A stretch of 64,000 bases of DNA, from the NCBI GenBank assembly GCA_965208435.1, contig OZ242337.1, positions 960,998 through 1,024,997 of the forward strand, read 5' to 3'. Position 1 is the stretch's first letter. Each line of letters begins with the position of its first letter. Under the pieces are notes generated by a model. That model did no database searches and was not told the origin of the DNA. It worked only from the letters and a program-made list of their open reading frames with translations. The stretch comes from Candidatus Aldehydirespiratoraceae bacterium (lineage in GTDB: Bacteria > Actinomycetota > Acidimicrobiia > Acidimicrobiales > Aldehydirespiratoraceae). The translations under genes were made by a program, and so were the position numbers. Of the stretch, positions 10,128 through 15,706 are shown one piece after another.

Positions 10128-10181
10128 CTGTCGCACAAACGCACAAGCTGTCTCACAAACGCACAAACTGTCTCACAAACG
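10128..10181. promoter_or_regulatory. Three tandem 20-bp iteron/operator-like repeats upstream of the ATPase gene
   Basis: The units are ctgtcgcacaaacgcacaag, ctgtctcacaaacgcacaaa and ctgtctcacaaacg. They begin 22 nt upstream of the start codon. Confidence 0.7.
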
Positions 10182-10197
10182 TCTCGGTCGTCGTTCA

Positions 10198-10228
10198 GCG
10201 TCTCCGCCGAAAGCCTCCGAGCAACTAA
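10198..10228. repeat. Direct repeat A, copy 2
   Basis: Identical to 8466-8496. Confidence 0.95.
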
Positions 10229-10354
10229 CTACACCAAACACAACCAGCCAAAGTAACCGAACCCTCCACTCGCCGCCTGGACGCGTAGGCGCACCACCCA
10301 CCGACCACCCCTGCCGACACGCCGCAGCCACCGGTAGAGCTTGCCGACGAATGC

Positions 10355-10693
10355 TCATGAGACAGCACCGTCAGAGAGCTTGCTTCGCCGTTCGATGCGC
10401 TTGTCAACGCCGTAAGCCAACACCCCCCAGAAGAACATAGAGACAAGGCCCACCACGAGCTTGGCCTCATTGATACCACCGGGCAGCCACGGATCGGCAA
10501 GCGGTGCAAATACTAGCCACACAAACACCAAATAGGCCCAGAGCAATGACAGGAGCCGCAGCCAGCCCCCGCGATACAGCCAGTTCACAACGCGGTCTAG
10601 CCGCACCTCGCCGCCAGCTGCAGCGTCGTCGGCGTCGCCCGTCTGCTGGGTGGTCGCGCTGGTTGGTGTGTCGACTCTGGCGCTATCGGTCAT
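10355..10693 (-). CDS. Small membrane protein (hypothetical)
   Basis: About 112 aa from MTDSARV, with two hydrophobic segments (WLRLLSLLWAYLVFVWLVFAPL and LVVGLVSMFFWGVLAY). Confidence 0.5.
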   Translation of the reverse strand: MTDSARVDTPTSATTQQTGDADDAAAGGEVRLDRVVNWLYRGGWLRLLSLLWAYLVFVWLVFAPLADPWLPGGINEAKLVVGLVSMFFWGVLAYGVDKRIERRSKLSDGAVS

Positions 10694-10742
10694 GGTTCTC
10701 TCGAGTTCACAGTGAGCTTGTCTCCACAAAAAGGGGGGGACC

Positions 10743-10903
10743 TCATGGCTTCGGCGTCGGTGGCGTCACGGTCGGCTTCGGCGGATCGACTTTCGGCGTC
10801 GGTGGCGTCGTGGTCGTTGTCGTCGTGGTCGTGTCCTCGAACGGGTCAGGTGCATGCTCACAGAACAAGGACTCGGCGATCACAACCACCGATGGAGGCC
10901 GCC
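10743..10903 (-). pseudogene. Truncated paralogue of the C-terminal part of the 605-aa repeat protein
   Basis: HAPDPFEDTTTTTTTTTPPTPKVDPP parallels HLPDPFENDDQTITTTTTVPPTTTT...VVVDPDPP in the 11359-13176 product. Similarity stops at repeat B copy 2. Confidence 0.4.
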
Positions 10904-10945
10904 GACCCTCAACCACCCCGCCCCCCACGTTTACGCGCAGGCTCG
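10904..10945. repeat. Direct repeat B, copy 2
   Basis: Matches 8628-8669 at 41 of 42 positions. Confidence 0.95.
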
Positions 10946-10967
10946 AAGTATCCAAGGCTCGTTTCGC

Positions 10968-11318
10968 CTATTTGTACGCGTTCTTACCGTTCGCCGACCA
11001 TCGTAGCCGACCTGTCGCCACCCACCGACGGAGACCACCCAGCAACCGGCGTTGACGAAAGCGACACCAGAGTGAGTGGGCTGCGATCATCAAAAGAAAC
11101 GTTGCACACGCCGCCACCAATTCTCCAACGTACGTGAACGCGCCCCCCACCGACACAAGCCACGGGATAAAATAGGTCCTGTTCAGGTAGGCGAACGGAG
11201 CGGCAGCAGCGAAAGCCGCCAGCCATGGCACCCAGTTGGCAGGTTTGATACCAGCGCTAGAATGTTCGTCGACGACATGCTCACCGGTCAATTCAGCGGA
11301 CTTCGGTTGTCTGGCCAA
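10968..11318 (-). CDS. Small membrane protein (hypothetical)
   Basis: 116 aa with 2-3 hydrophobic segments, 40 nt downstream of the repeat-protein gene on the same strand. Confidence 0.5.
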   Translation of the reverse strand: MARQPKSAELTGEHVVDEHSSAGIKPANWVPWLAAFAAAAPFAYLNRTYFIPWLVSVGGAFTYVGELVAACATFLLMIAAHSLWCRFRQRRLLGGLRRWVATGRLRWSANGKNAYK

Positions 11319-11358
11319 TTGGACTCACCTTGCTTCGTGACACATGACAGCACGTAGG

Positions 11359-13176
11359 TCACCTTGAACCTTCACAAAGTAACATATACAGACCAGCCGT
11401 CCGCCAGTACACCCACGGCACACAGTTCGGGAAGGTCCGACTGTGGGCAAGAGCCGCGTCCTGCACGCGGAAGAACCTGAACCAGTATTTGGAGCTGTTA
11501 TAGGCAGGCAGACTGTCAACCGAAGGGAACGACGCAGGAGGGTCAGGGTCCACCACTACAGGCGCAGGCGGCACCGTCGTCGTCGTTGTGGTCGTGGTGG
11601 TTGTTGGCGGCACCGTCGTTGTCGTTGTAGGCGGAACTGTCGTGGTGGTAGTGATCGTCTGGTCGTCGTTCTCGAACGGATCAGGCAAGTGTGGGCAAGC
11701 ATGCGGAGCTACCCCATAGTTGGTCACAATGACAGCCAAACCCAAACTCTTGGCCGCCGCTCTCGCAAGTCGCCCAGCGAGGCCCAACTCCGCCAAGTCT
11801 CGCGCCAGAGACGAGTGTTCCCAACACAACGCTAGGTGCAGAGTCGGGGGTGTTACGAACGGCGGAGGCTGCCATCCCCCTAAGCCAGGACCCGGGGCGT
11901 CGGAGGGCGTTGCTCGCTCAGTCGCCTCGACGAAGCTCTCACCTACGTAGATGCCCACACCCACCACAGTGTTCACTGCGGCACTAACGGCGTTCTTGAT
12001 CCCGTCTCCGATTGCGCTCCAGTTGATGCGCGTGACGGTTTGTGTTTTGATGAATGGGTCTTTGGGTTGGTGGCAGCCTGTGTGGGTGTCCGTCTCTTCC
12101 CATTCCCTGACCGGAAGGTGCGCTCCGGCGGGTTTGGATAGCGTGAACCGTGTCTCGTCGACGACTTTGAACGCCCAAGCCTCAGGCAGAGGGGGTATAC
12201 GCTGGCCGTTTGGGCAGGTGTGTTGTGTGGGGTCGTGTCGGGTGGTGGTTTTGGTGACGGTTTTGGTGAAGGGCGCGACCCGGACCTTCTTGTTTTCGTA
12301 GTTCTCTACGTCGACGGTGACAGTCTTGGTGAACGGCGCTACCCGCACCTGTCGGGTCTGATAGTTGAACACGTCTGTCCGCACGGTGGAGGTGAACGGC
12401 GCTACCCGCACCTTCTGGTTTTCGTAGTTGAACACGTCCACCGTCTCGGTCTTGTGGGTCGGCGCGACCCGCACCTGACGCGTCTGATAGTTGAACAACG
12501 GGACCTGTCCGACTTTGGTGAACGGCGCTACCCGCACCCGGCGGGTCTGGTAGTTGTGCACGTCCACCTGCACGGTCGTGGAGAACGGCGCGACCCGGAC
12601 CCGGGTGTAGACGCATCCACGCGGCGGCCGGCAATCGCTTGTCACGGTCCGGTAGTTGTACACCGGGATCGTCCTCGCCTCGCTGAACGGCGCTACCCGC
12701 ACCTTCTGGTTTTCGTAGTTGAACACCGCGACGCGGCCTGGCCCAGCAAACGGCGCTACCCGCACCCGATGCGCCTCATAGAAATACACCTGCGACGTGA
12801 CAGTCTTGGTGAACGGAGCGACCCGCACCCGACGGGTCTGATAGTTGAACACATCTATCGTCGTGGTCTCAGAGAACGGCGCCACCCGCACTTGCTGGTC
12901 CTCATAGTTGAACACGTCCACCGTCGTCGTCTCAGAGAACGGCGCAACCTGAACCCGGCGAGTCTCATAGTTGAACACGTCCACCTCCTCTGTGGTTGTG
13001 GCATCTTCACCGTCATGAGCCGACACCGGCGACAGAACAGACGCGAACACAGCCGCGCAGACGACCACGACACAACAACACACCGCGTGCAGCCCCACCG
13101 ACAAGCCGGGACGCGGCGCGTCGCCACTCATCTTTCGGTGTCGACGGCCTGTGTCGGGAGCATCGGGCAGGTTCAT
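11359..13176 (-). CDS. Secreted/surface protein with eleven 21-residue tandem repeats, a globular region and a Thr/Pro-rich stalk (no recognised family)
   Basis: An N-terminal hydrophobic signal/anchor (AVCCCVVVVCAAVFASVLSPVSA) is followed by repeats with consensus [VI]DVFNY[EQ]xxxVRVAPF[ST]xTxT. Later comes TTTTTVPPTTTTTVPPTTTTTTTTTTVPP. A GGAG Shine-Dalgarno sits 6 nt upstream of the ATG. Confidence 0.8.
   Translation of the reverse strand: MNLPDAPDTGRRHRKMSGDAPRPGLSVGLHAVCCCVVVVCAAVFASVLSPVSAHDGEDATTTEEVDVFNYETRRVQVAPFSETTTVDVFNYEDQQVRVAPFSETTTIDVFNYQTRRVRVAPFTKTVTSQVYFYEAHRVRVAPFAGPGRVAVFNYENQKVRVAPFSEARTIPVYNYRTVTSDCRPPRGCVYTRVRVAPFSTTVQVDVHNYQTRRVRVAPFTKVGQVPLFNYQTRQVRVAPTHKTETVDVFNYENQKVRVAPFTSTVRTDVFNYQTRQVRVAPFTKTVTVDVENYENKKVRVAPFTKTVTKTTTRHDPTQHTCPNGQRIPPLPEAWAFKVVDETRFTLSKPAGAHLPVREWEETDTHTGCHQPKDPFIKTQTVTRINWSAIGDGIKNAVSAAVNTVVGVGIYVGESFVEATERATPSDAPGPGLGGWQPPPFVTPPTLHLALCWEHSSLARDLAELGLAGRLARAAAKSLGLAVIVTNYGVAPHACPHLPDPFENDDQTITTTTTVPPTTTTTVPPTTTTTTTTTTVPPAPVVVDPDPPASFPSVDSLPAYNSSKYWFRFFRVQDAALAHSRTFPNCVPWVYWRTAGLYMLLCEGSR
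12253..12984 (-). repeat. 63-bp (21-codon) coding tandem repeat array, 11 units
   Basis: The Ala of the VAPF motif falls at residues 78, 99, 120, 141, 162, 196, 217, 238, 259, 280 and 301. Spacing is exactly 21 except for one unit carrying a 13-residue Cys-containing insert (DCRPPRGC). Confidence 0.9.
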
Positions 13177-13190
13177 TGCGGTCTCCGGTT

Positions 13191-13562
13191 TCTACGCGGC
13201 GGATAATTGCCGTTATCGGTCACCTAGACCCCCGACCCGCGGCACGCGAGACACACAGGCTCCGGCTATGAGAACCCCTGATCGGGGTGTTGTTCAGAGA
13301 GTTCTGAAACGAGCCGGGACCGTCGCCTGTGGCTGGTGTGTGGTCGCTGGTTCGTGCAACAACCGGCAGAACCAGACGTTGCCGGACCCGACCGCGGGAC
13401 TCTGCGACCAAGAAACCTGCCGACCGGCAGACCAGTCATATCCCCAGGTCAACTGCACAATCACCAGGTCGTGCCGAGGGTGGATCAACGCTCGGCATCA
13501 ACAAAGGCTTGACAAGCACCGAACTGAACGTGGAGGATAACGGCAATTATTGGTCAGGTAGA
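13191..13562. promoter_or_regulatory. Candidate invertible DNA switch: two 38-bp dyad-symmetric recombinase-type sites in inverted orientation
   Basis: Site L (13191-13228) is TCTAC gcggcg GATAA TTGCCG TTATC ggtcac CTAGA. Site R (13525-13562) is TGAAC gtggag GATAA CGGCAA TTATT ggtcag GTAGA. The central 6-bp spacers are reverse complements of each other. Site L begins 15 nt upstream of the repeat-protein ATG, and site R ends 50 nt upstream of the recombinase ATG. Confidence 0.6.
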
Positions 13563-13612
13563 TGCATGCTGGTCTGGTCGGGTTCGCCTCTGGGGTTGGT
13601 TGACTCTGGGTT

Positions 13613-14635
13613 ATGCATCACACCACAGGTAATCTCGGCGGCCCTACCCGACTCGACGCACTCAACGGCTTGAGTGTTGAGGCGCTCGAGCGTTTGGTTG
13701 TTGAAGGTAAGGCTGCGGCGTATTCGCCCAACACGCACAAGACCTACGACGTCGGGTACAGGAACTGGGCCCGATGGGCGACCAGTCACAGTTGTCGTGT
13801 GTTCCCAGCAGACCCGAGACATCTTCAGATGTGGCTCGCGACGCTGGCCGCCCAGAACATGAAACCCTCAACTTGGTGCACCTACCTCGCCGGGGTCGCC
13901 CACCACCACCGCGGCTGCGGGACTGCGAACCCGGCTCATGACCCCCAGGTCCGTCTGCTGCTGCGCGGCTTGACCCGCCGAGCCGCCGCCGGCGGCCACA
14001 CTCCCAAACAGGCCGCGGCGTTGCGTTGGAACGATATACAACACATAGCCGACACCGCTCATGAACCGCGTCGCAACCAGCCCGGCGGGCGGGCCGAGAC
14101 CCCGGGCCAAGCCCGCCAACGCGGCGACGAAGACGTCGCCATGGCCGCGGTCGCCCACGACGCAGCGTTGCGCTCAAGCGAACTCCTCGCGCTCACCTGG
14201 AAAGACATCGAACCCTCACAAGACGACCGGCTCGACGTCGTGAGAATCCGCCGCTCCAAAACCGACCAGACCAGCCAAGGCGCTGCCGCGCCCATATCAG
14301 AGTTCGCCACCCAAGCGCTCACCCGCATAAGACCCGCTGATCTGGACCCCGGCCGGCGCATCTTCAACATCTCAGCAAGCACACTCAACCGTCGCCTCAA
14401 AACCGCTGCCCGAACCGCAGGCATCGAACCCGCACGCATTAGCGGTCACTCACCGCGAGTCGGGATGGCCCAAGACCTCGCCGCGCACGGCGTCACCATG
14501 GTCGGCCTCAAACAAGCAGGCCGCTGGAAGAGCTCCGCAACTGCCAGCCGCTACACCCAACACCTCAACGCCCACCACACACCAGCCGGCCGATACCTCA
14601 AAACCCAACACCGAACCAACCCCCCAGACCCGTAA
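13613..14635 (+). CDS. Tyrosine recombinase / phage-integrase family, Cre-like architecture
   Basis: Has the catalytic-domain markers LRSSELLALTW (Arg), GHSPRVGMAQDLA (HxxR) and GRWKSSATASRYTQH (Trp/His ... Tyr). The N-terminal core-binding region (HKTYDVGYRNWARWA) resembles Cre-type recombinases. Confidence 0.9.
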   Translation: MHHTTGNLGGPTRLDALNGLSVEALERLVVEGKAAAYSPNTHKTYDVGYRNWARWATSHSCRVFPADPRHLQMWLATLAAQNMKPSTWCTYLAGVAHHHRGCGTANPAHDPQVRLLLRGLTRRAAAGGHTPKQAAALRWNDIQHIADTAHEPRRNQPGGRAETPGQARQRGDEDVAMAAVAHDAALRSSELLALTWKDIEPSQDDRLDVVRIRRSKTDQTSQGAAAPISEFATQALTRIRPADLDPGRRIFNISASTLNRRLKTAARTAGIEPARISGHSPRVGMAQDLAAHGVTMVGLKQAGRWKSSATASRYTQHLNAHHTPAGRYLKTQHRTNPPDP

Positions 14636-14644
14636 TCAGGGTCT
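14626..14644. terminator. Weak hairpin between the convergent recombinase and LLM genes
   Basis: AGACCC-gtaatca-GGGTCT spans the recombinase stop codon. There is no T tract. Confidence 0.25.
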
Positions 14645-14656
14645 CCTCGGCAGTGC

Positions 14657-15667
14657 TCAGCCCTTCACCAGATCCGCTATGAGACGCAGTTCCTCGGGGG
14701 TCCGGGCGGCCACGTTGAGCATTGTGACCGGACTCTCCTGCCACGCTTGGAGCCGATCACGGATCCGATCGACGGAACCGACCAGCGAGATCTCATCTGC
14801 GAACTCGGTGGGGACCATGGCGATCGCCTCATCGCGCCTTCCCTCGAAGAACAGGTCCTGGATCTTGTATGCCTCCTGCTCATATCCCATCCGCGCCATC
14901 AACCTGGTGTGGTAGTTCTGCCCCTTGGCGCCCATGCCGCCGATGTAGAACCCGAGCGAGGCCTTGGTGGGATACAGCGCCTGTTCCACATCGTCGTGGA
15001 CACGCACCGAGACGTTGACCGCGATCTCGAAGCCGGGCCTCGCCATGGCCAACTCGGCGGCGTAGACCTCGGGCCTGAACGGCGAGTAGTACAGCGGAAT
15101 CCAGCCGTCGGCGATCTCCACGGTCTGGGCAATGTTCTTCGGTCCTTCAGCCCCGATCCAAATGGGTATCTCGCGCAGCGGATGGGTCATCACCTTCAAC
15201 GGCTTTCCCAGACCCTCCGAACCCGCTCCGTGATAGGGCATCTGAAAATGATCCCCCTGGAAATCCATGGGCCCCTCACGGCGGAAGACCCGGCGCAGGA
15301 TCTCGACGTATTCGCGGGTACGGGCCAGGGGCTTGCGCGAAGGCATTCCGTACCAGCCTTCGACAACCTGAGGCCCGGACACACCGAGCCCCAGAATCGT
15401 GCGTCCGTTGGAAATGTGATCGAGGGTGATGGCGTGCATGGCAGTAGCGGTCGGTGTGCGAGCCGAAATCTGCACAACCCCGGTTCCGAGCTTGACTCGA
15501 TCCGTGTGCGCTGCGATCAGCACGAGCGGACTGAAAGCATCAGAACCCCACGACTCAGCGGACCAGACCGCATCGAAACCGGCCTTCTCTGCTTCGACGC
15601 TCAGTTCTACGAAGTCTTCGGGCATTGTGCGACCCCAGTAGCCCCATATGAGTCCCAGTTCCATCAC
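14657..15667 (-). CDS. Luciferase-like monooxygenase (LLM) class, probably F420-dependent oxidoreductase
   Basis: Full-length family-level resemblance, for example GLGVSGPQVVEGWYG. The start is GTG at 15667 or ATG at 15664. Confidence 0.8.
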   Translation of the reverse strand: MMELGLIWGYWGRTMPEDFVELSVEAEKAGFDAVWSAESWGSDAFSPLVLIAAHTDRVKLGTGVVQISARTPTATAMHAITLDHISNGRTILGLGVSGPQVVEGWYGMPSRKPLARTREYVEILRRVFRREGPMDFQGDHFQMPYHGAGSEGLGKPLKVMTHPLREIPIWIGAEGPKNIAQTVEIADGWIPLYYSPFRPEVYAAELAMARPGFEIAVNVSVRVHDDVEQALYPTKASLGFYIGGMGAKGQNYHTRLMARMGYEQEAYKIQDLFFEGRRDEAIAMVPTEFADEISLVGSVDRIRDRLQAWQESPVTMLNVAARTPEELRLIADLVKG

Positions 15668-15706
15668 GGTTTCCTTCCCAGTTGAATGGCGCTTGATCTT
15701 GGCGGA

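Larger units (their letters stand above)
8497..14640. mobile_element. Putative integrated accessory island (recombinase-associated) between sulP and an LLM oxidoreductase gene
   Basis: A tyrosine recombinase gene sits at the right edge. A 31-bp copy of the sulP 3' end is repeated inside at 10198-10228. The island also contains a 42-bp direct repeat pair, an ATPase with iterons, and a truncated paralogue fragment. The boundaries are not proven. Confidence 0.45.

Noticed and set aside
12220-13206. 328-aa plus-strand ORF with its own striking repeat (ERRYPHLLVFVVEHVH...)
   Set aside because: It is the antisense reading of the 63-bp repeat array. The minus-strand product has a signal peptide, a Shine-Dalgarno sequence and a coherent domain layout. 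The plus-strand ORF has none of these.
13509-13540. Perfect TTGACA at 13509-13514 as the switch promoter -35
   Set aside because: No acceptable -10 hexamer lies at 16-19 nt spacing. I therefore make no call on promoter position or orientation.
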